From Eledone cirrhosa (lineage: Eukaryota): DNA of 64,000 nt. Within the stretch, counting starts at the first letter, position 1, and each line of letters opens with the position of its first letter. The notes beneath the pieces are model-generated. The model was not told where the DNA came from and made no database searches. It saw only the letters and a list, made by a program, of their open reading frames with translations. The position numbers and the translations under genes were made by a program. Below, one piece after another: positions 50,664-64,000 of the stretch. The stretch covers positions 83,142,001 through 83,206,000 of the forward strand of contig OZ024740.1 of the NCBI GenBank assembly GCA_964016885.1, in the 5' to 3' direction.

Positions 50664-50835
50664 GCTAGAAGTATCTATTCGGCGTATCTTGGAAGGCGTA
50701 AAAGCCAAAAACCTCCCAGCAACTCTCCTGTTTATTGACTTTTCAAAAGCATTCGATTCCATCCATCGTGGGAGGATGAGAGAGATACCTCTAGCCTTCC
50801 GCTTGCCAAGGGAATCAGTAAATGCCATCATGATG
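50664..50835 (+). mobile_element. Inverted upstream segment of the same RTE RT
   Basis: It encodes RRILEGVKAKNLPATLLFIDFSKAFDSIHR..LPRESVNAIMM, the part immediately N-terminal to the minus-strand ORF. Confidence 0.85.
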
Positions 50836-51365
50836 GTATATACAATACAACCACATATGTGGAAATGAAGCGATTATACATGGTTACAGTCGAAGAGTTG
50901 AAGCATTACTATATATGTCCTATAGCCAATATAATTGTATTGTTATAGAAAAAGAATGATGCTTTGATTTACATGTTTAAACATGTGGGCCACAGCATAT
51001 TGAAACATTGAATACCTAAATACCTAAATCTGAGCGTGAATCTATTTAGATTAAACACGGTGTCATCAAAACGTCAAAGTCAACAATCATCTCAATGTCT
51101 ATGTTAGATCAGATCCCAGATATCAAACAACTTTCCTTACAGATATATAGCGCAAACCAACTACAGATCTGATCTGATTACTAATAAATGTAAATGTACT
51201 TGATCAAGCTGTAGCTGCATTATTACGTACTTTCTGTGTAATGATAAACAATTCACGTTATCATCATACATTTCCAGAGGGAAATTACGTCTTCATGACA
51301 GGCCCATGTCAAACAAAAGACACAGCGCTAATCATGTAGAGATGATATTATTTCTATATATATTA

Positions 51366-52018
51366 GGGCGGTAGATTGGCAGTATAGGTAGAGGGTCGAA
51401 CGCCATGCTTTTCAGCATAGAGTTACGGCCCTTTATGATCTGAGTTCAAATACCGCCGAGGTTATCTTTACCTTTCATCCTTACGGGGTTGATAAAATAA
51501 AGTACCAGTCACGTACTGAAGTCGATTTAATCGACTTTCCCCTCCCTCAAAATTGCTGCCCTTGTGCCTATATAAGAAACCATTATTTTTAGGGCGGTGG
51601 ATTGGCAGTATCGGTAGAGGGTCGGACGCCATGCTTTGTCGCATAGAGTTATGGCCCTTCATGATCTGAGTTCAAATCCCGCCGATGTTACCTTTGCTTT
51701 CATCCTTACGGGATCGATAAAATAAAGTACCAGTCACCCACTGGAGTCAATTTCATCGACTCCCCCCCCCCTCCAAAAGAAAAACATTGCTGGCCTTGTG
51801 CCTAAATAAGAAACCATTATTTATATATTATGGCAGTGGATTGGCAGTATCGGTAGAGGGTCGGACGCCATACTTTGACGCATAGAGTTACACCCCTTGT
51901 CATTCTGAATTCAGATCCCGCCGAGATTAACTTTGCCTTTCATCCTTACGGGGTCGATAAAATAAATTACCAGTAATGCACTGGGTAATTGTTGTCGTTG
52001 TGACAAAAGTAGAAACAA
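51366..52018 (+). mobile_element. Three SINEs head to tail (about 51366-51582, 51592-51815, 51831-52018)
   Basis: Each has the A box, B box, core and tail, and they are separated by short attatt linkers. Confidence 0.92.
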
Positions 52019-54423
52019 TTATTTATATTTATTTGAATTCTTCTGACAAGGAAATAAGAATATGTTATTACCCTTAGATGCTCCAAATTTTTACTGAAGC
52101 AAACGTGATTTATTTGTTCTTCTTATTGAATAATTACGAAAATGAGTAATGTAATGCATACCTGTATGTTTGTGCTCCAACGAAAACTATTGGTGTTGTG
52201 CAATGTGACAATGGGAAATTACACAATTTGGAATGCTTGACTGGTTTTCAAATTATGTTTTTGCTTTGTAATGTAACTTAGTGACATTTGCTGAAACGCA
52301 AGCGATTATGTATGATTATTATAACATTTCACATGATGTATGTATTTAAATAAGAAACACGTAACGAATGTCAAGAATTGGGCTAGAGTAATGAGAGATG
52401 AACAATCTCCGATCCTACTGTATATGCGTGAATGTATACAGTCAGTATATCACCCATGTAAGTAATTTCATTAATACAGTTTAAATACAGATATCTTGCT
52501 TATATATTTGTTCATCTAAAATTCGAATATACAAGCTTTGAAAATACACGATATCTGTAACTAGGGTTTACTATCTTTGCCAGCGACAATATATTTATTA
52601 TATGTTCTACAAATGACAACATTACTAGGAATATGGCGTTTACAACAAATGATGTTTCCTTTCGCTGTGAATAACTATGATTATTATTCTTTTCTTAACA
52701 TTTTTACAGAAAATTGCGAAATAATTAAATGATGAAATAATTGAACTGATTTTAAGAAAGCGAATTTTTATGTATTGTATCTACTTAATTCTGAAAATAT
52801 AAAGAACGAAGCGAATAATGAATATAAATGGGTGATACGTTTCTTGTGACTCATAATATACACCTTTGCTGTTCACGTGCGAACATTTTTCGCATGTTAC
52901 TAATTAAATGATTTCAGTTTGCTTTTCAATTAAGTAATATACTGCTACCAAATCGGCATGGAAAAATGCACGAAAAACAAATTGTCAATGAGAAAGCCAA
53001 CACCTAAGCTTGATGATTCGATCCTAAAATCCAAGAAAAATGTACATAATTATTTAATGAACATCATGGTGAATAATTCATTTTCATGTTATTTATATAT
53101 ACGACAGAAGTTTTTTTTCTTTTTTTTTTTTGCAATTCAGAATTCTAGTTTATTTAATAAATGGTGTGTCATTTAACTTAGTCAGTAAACCACAAATAAG
53201 TCTTGATACGCCATGTTTAAGCTCCACGAAGATTGAATTGGACAATAATATATTATCGGTATCCGTATAATGTATCCTTTTGAATAGAGTAATATTGTTG
53301 AATCATATTCAAGTGGTATCACGAAGTATTTTAAAAGGTTTGTTAATGAAACTCAAACCTACAATTATTTAATGAATATTGCATCATAACATTTAGCTGA
53401 TTAGTTACACAATTCAGGTAACATAGCCAAGTTCTTTTTTTATTGCTAATATTCAATACGTTTAATATCAGAAATCATTGTTTGAATATTGCCATTTCCA
53501 AACGTAAAGAAATCTTGTACCGTTAGAGATTGGGTAAGGATTTTAATAAAATGCCTATTTCATACCAACAATCGTATTTATTCTGTTATAAAATTGACCT
53601 GATAATAAACTATACATTTCACTTCTAATATGGGTTTACATCACCGTATAATCATGTTATTATCCGTAGTATCAATTCCATTTTAAAAAGAAATAAAAAT
53701 TGCATGTTTCTCCTAAATTCCATCTCGTCCAGCATGTCGATAGAATATTTAATTCTAGCCTGCCCATCATTATTTTGTACAAAACCAATTCTAGAACATA
53801 TTATGTCATAGTATTGTAAATAATTCAATGGAAATGATTTCATAACATTTCAATGCCGGTGAAAATAATACGAAAACATTCAAAGAAATAATTCTAAATA
53901 ACAACATGCAGTTACTTATTGTTCAATATATTCATTGTCTTATTTTCCTATAATATTACACAATATTCTAGACAAAATGACGTTCGTTAATTCCGATAAA
54001 TAATGCTCTAACGCAGTGACCCATTAATGCGTGCTACATGATCTTTACAATCTCTGATTCGTCAAAGGCCAAGCTAATTTAAAATAGTTGTAAATAGTAG
54101 ATAATTCGATTTACACGAAACCAGCAATGCCTTCCTTCCGACGTTCTAACGATTCTGCACCCCACTATTTTTAATGCCTTCAGCATGAAAAACTAGAAAA
54201 TAATTAAAAAAAACAAAAAAGGTAAATATAGCGATCCATGTAAAAATGCCATGAATTATCCTGTGAGTCTCATTTCTAAGTAAAACATTCTGTTGTTTAC
54301 ATTCATTGTTTAATGCTTTTGAAACAATACACTATGAATTTGCAGCATAATTGATAAATTTGATATTTGATTATGTAGCAATACGTAAAACGTAGATGTC
54401 ATGTATAGGCATATTATTATTAT

Positions 54424-54610
54424 CGGTGGATTGACAGTATCGGTAGAGAGTCGGACACCATGCTTTGAAGCATGGAGTTACGTCCCTTTATGATCTGAGA
54501 TCAAATCCCGCCGAGGTTAACTTTGCCTTTCATCCTTACGGGGTCGATAAAATAAAGTACCAGTAATACACTGGATAATTTCTGGCCTTGTGCCAAAAAG
54601 TAAAAACAAT
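54424..54610 (+). mobile_element. tRNA-derived SINE
   Basis: It belongs to the same SINE family. Confidence 0.9.
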
Positions 54611-54656
54611 TATTATTCAAAGTAAAAGCATACTTCTCACAATTTAAATTATGATA

Positions 54657-54845
54657 ATTGTTTCTACTTTAGGCACAAGGCCAGCAATTACCCAGTGCAT
54701 TACTGGTACTTTATTTTATCGACTCCGTAATGATGAAAGGCAAAGTCAACCTCGGCGGGATTTGAACTCAGATCGTAAAGGGACGTAACTATGCTGGAAA
54801 GCGTGATGTCCGACCCTCCACCGATACTCCCAATCCACCGCCCTA
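54657..54845 (-). mobile_element. tRNA-derived SINE, inverted relative to its neighbour
   Basis: It is the reverse complement of the SINE consensus. Confidence 0.9.
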
Positions 54846-55330
54846 ATCTAAATTATGATAATGCCTCTGATTCTCCACAGGCATGGTAAGAATAATTTAT
54901 ACAATTATTTATTTTCTTGATAATAGCATTACATTGATATGGATCCCTACTAAGCTCGCATATTTTATAATTATGAATTAGAAAGATTTTAATAGAGTTT
55001 TCATAGAGATACGGCTTAAATATACGATAAATAATATAGCCTAGAGGTACAATTAACAATTTATGTAGCTTAGAGACATAATTAAACATATTGAATACAT
55101 GCAGGTTTATTTGAATTGCTTGCAGCTAACTTGCTGGTGTAAACTGCAATATTTGCATAAATATAGATTATACATATATATATTCTTATATATCCGCTGA
55201 TTATCGAATGCTTTCATTTCTCGTGTCTAAATAGGATTATAGAGATTTTGAAATACAGGCACCAAGTGAAATTGTACTGCACAGTAGTGTAATCACATAT
55301 AACTTAATAAACATATACTCTTAAGATTTC

Positions 55331-55376
<46 letters not shown>

Positions 55377-56914
55377 CATACACATGCACAAGCACACACA
55401 CACACACCCACATACATCCCCCACATACAACCCCCACACACACGCACATACACCCCCACACTCACACACACACATCGCCCCACCACATACACATATATAT
55501 ATATATGTACCAGAGTAAACGAGGTGTCGTTTAATTTTATCCAGGAGAGGTTGCGAGTAATATGTACCACAGGGAATTTTAGCGTGTGGCGTTGGTTGAA
55601 TCAAAAAGATGTTTAATTAGTTGTGGTGTTTAGAGGGACGTTTTCGGGCAGTTCCTAAGTAAGCAATTCCTACAATATTTCATTGATTAGTATGTAATCG
55701 ATTGCCCTATCGACAATGTTATTGTGAAATTTGGTTTTAAATACTGTTTATTCCAAGCAAATTATCAAAACACATCAGTATTTTGAAGATTTGTCAGGTA
55801 TAAACAGCATTTAAAACTGAATTTCACAATAATACGGCACGTGCATAATTCTTGGAGCATGCACGCTGTCTTTCACGTCGGTTACTCTTGCTAGCTCATG
55901 GCATCCATGAAGCAATACATCACGTGCCGATTGCCTGGTTGTTTACTTGGTAACCTACTCTGACGCTTGGATATGATTCCTACTTTGAGTGCTTGGAGAA
56001 AAATTCAACTTACTGTTCCATTATTTTCTCCACTGTTTTCATGTTTAAACTATTCGAAATAATGGAGTCCATTCCGGGTCACTTTACACCATCAACTTAA
56101 TATAACCCATACATATACGATTGCATTTTTAACTATTTACTCATAATTATATCTATTCACGTTTCGTAACTATTTACTCATTTAATGTATTTACTTTCAA
56201 TAATGTATTTAATTTATACAATTCTTTACACTACACTACACACACACACACACACACACGCGCACACACACAGACACACATAATATAATATATATATATA
56301 TATATATACGATTTAACACTCTTACTTTAATGCTAATTTTCGGACAAAAACAAGCGAAACTGTCATAGATAGTATGGAGCGTACAGAAAATGGTTGAAGA
56401 TATTAAACTAATAGTTTCAAATGACCATGCGTAGTAGTTGCATTACTATCCGTAACCAAATTAGGATTTCTGAATTAAATCTTTTAAATCTGCTATGTTC
56501 ATTACATCTGATGACGCCACGGATTGCATCATAATTTTATGATTCAAACTGGATATAGAAATGAGTATCATGTAATTGTGAAACTTTACATATTGGATCC
56601 GATCTTCATGTAACTATAATGATATATTATAGACACGCACAGAAAATACACACACACACAAACACACGCACACACCCACACCCACCCACACACACATATA
56701 TATATATATAAGAAAGATTATCAGCGAATGATATATTTAATCTCTGTATTTATGTCATGATAGATAAAGGAGAATGTGACTTATATAACACAGTGCCTAC
56801 AATACATTCAGATGTCTGGGATGAATTCTTAAACATGTAATGATTTACGTGTTTCAATACATCACTCAAGAATATATATTGCCAGGATGAACATAATAGA
56901 AAAAGAAAATTAAG

Positions 56915-57003
<89 letters not shown>

Positions 57004-57914
57004 AACCTAGTAAATAGGTTGTTGTTGCATTATGTTAGAAGCATAGTAAGAACCAAATCAACGAAAACCATGTAGAAAATAGGGGATGTATTTCCCGATT
57101 GTAGACACATTGAAAGTATCGTATCTCATTTGCTCGTCAAAATAAGTTTATACGCAATATTCAATATAAAATGGATCGAATAGAATTTTCACTGGGTCAC
57201 AGTAAGTCATTTCCGTCAACAAATGCGATATAACTGTACTAGAAAGATTCTATTTCATGAGGATCGAAATTTATTACAACAAACAGATCCACGAAATATC
57301 AAGTTGTAAGGGCTTGCCATTGTTTCAAGAAAACATCGATCATACTTGACTACGTAAAAAAATATATTTATAAAGAAAAGCAGTCCTCAGCCCGAATCAA
57401 CTTTAACATATAAATCGACTAAAAATGTAAACAAAATGCTTACACCTATTCACACACAGGCATATACGTATAAATAAATGCATATACGTTTAAATAAATA
57501 AAATTGTTGTTTATACTGTTATATGAGGTATTCATTAAATTTAGCCAGCCTCAGTATTTGAATTGTAGTTTGACACTATAACGGGGCCATGAAAATCATC
57601 AATGTTTGACGGAGCTGTGTTAAAATGACATAACTGAGTCCTTGGCCATTTACAAGCAAATAAACCTGCGCATTTAGCAATGAGAATCATCTCACCATGA
57701 ATACGAAGGGATTTTCAATTTCTATTACGAGACATGACTGTTATGACATTGATTCACCTCTGTTCATTTCAGACTACTTTTGAAACTGTTCTAGAAAATG
57801 TAATACAAATTATTTACAGAGTTCATATGCAATTTGAAATTAATTTTTCATGGTCCACCACATGTCCAAAATAGTTCGTTTTTTGGTTCATCTATTTATG
57901 CATGTAACTATTTA

Positions 57915-58143
<229 letters not shown>

Positions 58144-58197
58144 TAAAAAAATAATGAATAAAATAATGAAACAGTTCCTTATATTAAACAAAAAAAG

Positions 58198-58351
58198 TTC
58201 ATTATTTAACGATCGTTTCTAGGATATATATGTGTTAGAATTGGCATGCATATTCAACAGATCTATGTACAAAATTATACAAAATTATACAAACTATCAA
58301 GATTAAATATACATACCAACACATATATATGCCGTCTTCAGAAATAATGAA
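58198..58351 (-). ncRNA. Hammerhead ribozyme motif with extended stem II
   Basis: The minus strand reads TTCATTATTT-CTGAAGA-(about 115 nt)-GAAACGATCGTT-AAATAATGAA, giving a 10-bp stem I and a palindromic stem III. Confidence 0.6.
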
Positions 58352-58944
58352 ATATATTTATTGATAATAACAACAATTCAAAATTACAGGTCTGTTTGGG
58401 AACAGAGTTCAAATTAACCAAAGAAAACACAAAAAGTTTATACAGTTAGGTGTATGTATATATGTAAGTAACTTCGTTCACAGATATGCATAAAAATATA
58501 TATGTTCACATGCATGCGCATGCCGAAAAGATGTATGTAAATACAGAAATTCAGGGCTAATGTCTCTGTATGTTTATAATCTACAGATAAAATACGTATA
58601 CGCATATAAACATATAAATATAAAAATAAATATATACACATTCATATACTCCCACATATACATACATTCACACACACACGCGCGTATACGCATAAACATA
58701 CACACAACCACGAACATACATACACACACACACCCCCACACACATATATGTGTATATACTATTATCATAAGCATATGGACATTAATGCGCGCACATAAAC
58801 ACTGCCACACACATTAAGATCCAGATACAGAAAGTAGGTGGGGGGGAAGAGGTCAGTATTTACTGGTGTCAGCAAACTGCCTATTTATAAATGTATCTAT
58901 GAATTTAGAAATAAAAAGAAAAAGAAAAAAGAAAAATATTAAGA

Positions 58945-60232
<1,288 letters not shown>

Positions 60233-60235
<3 letters not shown>

Positions 60236-60600
60236 AAAGTTATATTTAAATTGTTGGGTTACAACTAGTAAATATTTATAACTGATATAAAAGCACTCAA
60301 CAAGTATTTGGAGTATATTTACGATATTAAATAAATGGAAACTACATCTACAAAACCATATCCATTTCATCATACATACCTCAGGGGCATCACACTAACA
60401 ATATGCTATGCCTTCCTCAGACAAAATACTGCCAAATCAACTTTTCAAATACAAGTCGATGTTGAACGGTATGTCAAATCTATTTATTTATAAAACTGTC
60501 TATATTGTATTTTGTCTGAAGAAGGCACAACACATCGTCAATATGACATCCCTGAAACATATATAATGAAACAAACATGGCCCTACAAATACAGCCTCCA
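60233..60600 (+). repeat. Dispersed repeat with a degenerate hammerhead-like motif at 60510-60571; related copy at 62163-62420
   Basis: The two copies share gttatatttaa..tataactgatataaagcactcaac. The motif reads tttgt-CTGAAGA-agg..cct-GAAACATATATA-atgaaa. Confidence 0.5.
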
Positions 60601-60771
60601 TTCATCTAATATCGTATATATATATATATATATATATGTACATATATATATATACACACACTCACATATACATGCGCACATACGTACATATATACACATA
60701 CACACATATACACATAGACGTATATATGCGCATACATATTCATACACACATATACCCACATAAATACATAG

Positions 60772-60866
<95 letters not shown>

Positions 60867-61119
60867 ATCATACACCCTTATTTACATGCGCACATATGTA
60901 TTTTTATACAAACACCCAAACATACATACCTACCTACATATACATACATACATCCACGCTTACAAATACAAATAATAATAGGGGGAGGGGGGGGGGGATT
61001 ATAGTAAATATAGGTTTCAAGAAACATAGAATATTAATCTGCATCTAGATCATAATATGTGTTTACATAGTAGTTTCAGTATTAGGAAATGTAAGAAAGA
61101 GGCAAAATTATGCATTTTA

Positions 61120-61515
61120 ATATAAGTAGACTATTAATTATAGGTTAACTAAATTAAAGATAATTATTATATTGATTTCTAAGGTGTATACTACTTAGGT
61201 TTATAATATTTGAAGCGGAATTTTGAAGTTAAATAGTAGTAGAGTATTAATTATAGTATAACTAAGTTAAAGTTATTAACGTTATGGTATCAATATTAGG
61301 AAATGAATTTAGTAATAGGGAAAAAAACCAAATAAAGTATTACATCGGTAGTAGAATATAAATTATAGGTTAACTAGATTAAAAATTATATATTAATTTC
61401 TATAGTATATGTTAATTAGGTTTATAATAATTAAAACAGATATTGTATTTTATCTATAGTAGAATATAATTATAGGTAAACAGAAATTAAAATTAATATA
61501 TACACATATACATAT

Positions 61516-61600
<85 letters not shown>

Positions 61601-62040
61601 CACATATATATATATATATACATATTTTTTCAAAAATTGCAAAGAATATATTAACTAGGTATACATCCAAAACCTATCTCAGTCTATGATTACATGACAC
61701 TCTGCAATCCATCTGTATTAGGATTTTAATTTTAAGTCAATTAAATTAAATTTTTAGGTTAACCAAATTAAAACCAAATTATAAATATATTTCTAAAATG
61801 TACAATAATTAGGTCTATAATATTAAAAAATATTTCTCTGTCATTGAATACACGATATTTTGTTATATTTTATCTGTAAAGGAATTTTAATAAAAGGTTA
61901 AATAAATTAAAATAAATCTATAAATTAATTTACGAAGTATATATTTGTAATATTTAAAAGTTTTTCACAATTTATGATTACACAATATTTTATAATCTCA
62001 TCTGTAGTAGAATTTTAATTAAATTAAATTTATAGGTAGT
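61120..62040. repeat. Diverged AT-rich minisatellite with units of about 100-130 bp
   Basis: The motif tagtagaatataaattataggttaac(t/c)aaattaaa..ttaggtttataata recurs near 61125, 61350, 61455, 61750 and 62005. Confidence 0.6.
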
Positions 62041-62101
62041 GCTTTATATCAGTTATACAAAATTTTAAGCTTGTTGAATCCCACAAATTAAATATAACCT
62101 C

Positions 62102-62165
<64 letters not shown>

Positions 62166-62229
62166 GAGGTTATATTTAATTTGTGGGATTCAACAAGCTT
62201 AAAATTTTGTATAACTGATATAAAGCACT
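62039..62229. repeat. Perfect palindrome of about 190 bp centred on (AT)n
   Basis: gtgctttatatcag..taacctctgc-(AT)n-gcagaggtta..ctgatataaagcac. Confidence 0.92.
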
Positions 62230-62501
62230 CAACACTTTTGTGGAGTAAATATTCATTATACTAGTAATCCTGACTATCCAGGAAGCTTCAAACGTTAAGG
62301 TTGTCTTTATAGAGTATGTCAATATTTATTTATAAAGCAAATCTGTATTTTATGTGATGGAAGCGCGCCATAATTTGCCTTGGTTGCCGTTGAATATACA
62401 TAATAAAATAATTATGGTTTCATAAATAGTTTCTATTTATTAATATAATGTATATATATATATTTATATATAGCTACATATATATATATATATATATATA
62501 G

Positions 62502-62710
<209 letters not shown>

Positions 62711-62721
62711 TATACACACAC

Positions 62722-62758
<37 letters not shown>

Positions 62759-62908
62759 AGGGTTAAAATACCGGAGTGTGTTGGAGTTAAACACCCTCTT
62801 CGTATTATAGAAATGACAGTAAAATGTATAGCTCAATGTAGTTAAACAGAGCCGAAGAATTATGGAAGTAAAACAAAGAAGCCTTCAATACATCAAAAGT
62901 CTTTATTA

Positions 62909-62946
62909 GCCAACAATGTTTTGTCCTATTAAAGACTCACCAGGGC
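62909..62946 (-). ncRNA. Degenerate hammerhead motif related to 38375-38421
   Basis: The minus strand reads GCC-CTGGTGA-GTCTTTAATAGGAC-AAAACATTGTT-GGC. The stems are intact, with two core substitutions. Confidence 0.45.
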
Positions 62947-64000
62947 AATTAAAACAACAAGAAGTATTATCGGCGAATACAAGCCGGAAACTCCGTAGAA
63001 TATGGAGTGTACATACACTAAAGTATTGCAAGATTATGGGTAATAATATATAATAAAAATATATAATAAAAATATATAATAAAAATTACTAAGGAGGTGT
63101 ATAACATTAAGAACCATATTACAAATATAGTCCAAAGCAAAAAAAACCTGGAGCTAAACAAAGGTGGTTATATAGAGCAGGAATTATATATAATACAATG
63201 TAATATAATATAATATACCTTTACCAATATTAAAATTACAATAAAAATCAAAAGGTACAATATACATATGTATATATGTACGCACACGTACGCACACATA
63301 CACATACATCAATACACATATCCATCTTCAACTGTACAAATTAAACCTTATTAAGAGTTTAACTATAAATAATCATGATAAGAATAAAAATAATAATAAT
63401 AATAATAATACATATACCCAATATACATGAGGTAATAATATGATATTATTATAAGTAGCACATATAATATATAATAAACTATACAATTATATACTATATA
63501 ATATAATATAATAGAAAATATAATCTCCGGTTAATTTACACAAACAATATAGATGTCACAATAATACTATAATAATAATATACTAACATTTATAATATAC
63601 GATATATAATGGCATTCAAGTTAACAAATCAATTCATATAGAGTTACAGAGTAGCTGAGGAAAAATAAATTGTACAATACCCAAAAATGATGATGGTACA
63701 AAAATATAAACATCTTACATGATATATAAAGTTTAACATATCATAATGTTACATATAATTAACGGTAAGGAATAAGGATCGATATTACAATTAGAAATAC
63801 AATATAATATAATATAAAATAATTAACATAATATAATATATAATTACTTATAATTACAAGGTTGGTAAACAGACATGTATGTGGATGAGTGACTAAGGGC
63901 CAGACAGTAAATATAATGCACAGTAGTATTACAAATAAAATATAAAATATAAAATAAAATAAAATAAATAAATAGTATCAACCGGAAAATAAAAAAACAA

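Noticed and set aside
52020-57900. Long AT-rich unique-looking stretch as a gene or regulatory region
   Set aside because: It has only short ORFs and no structure I can support apart from the SINE pair and microsatellites.

Overview
AT-rich eukaryotic repeat DNA with no host protein-coding gene I can support. The (TA)n/(CA)n/(GA)n/(TAA)n microsatellites and the SINE family suggest an octopus or other coleoid cephalopod (inference). From about 7.6 to 37.8 kb there is a roughly 30-kb head-to-tail array of R4/Dong-clade non-LTR retrotransposons (RT, CCHC, PD-(D/E)xK restriction-like endonuclease). They fall into three families, called A, B and C here. All have their coding regions on the minus strand, and most are separated by (TAA)n runs. 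Tx1/L1-clade elements (zinc-knuckle ORF1 plus APE) use the same microsatellite in the opposite polarity. The right half holds decayed Penelope-like (GIY-YIG) and RTE fragments, SINEs, foldbacks and microsatellites. The main hand-read signals are: (1) a candidate HDV-like ribozyme at the 5' end of the near-intact family A copy; (2) a set of minimal hammerhead motifs, one with an approximately 120-nt stem II; (3) two 5'-inversion (twin-priming-like) structures in non-L1 clades; (4) chimeric and internally deleted R4 copies. Boundaries and RNA folds were read by eye and need computational confirmation.
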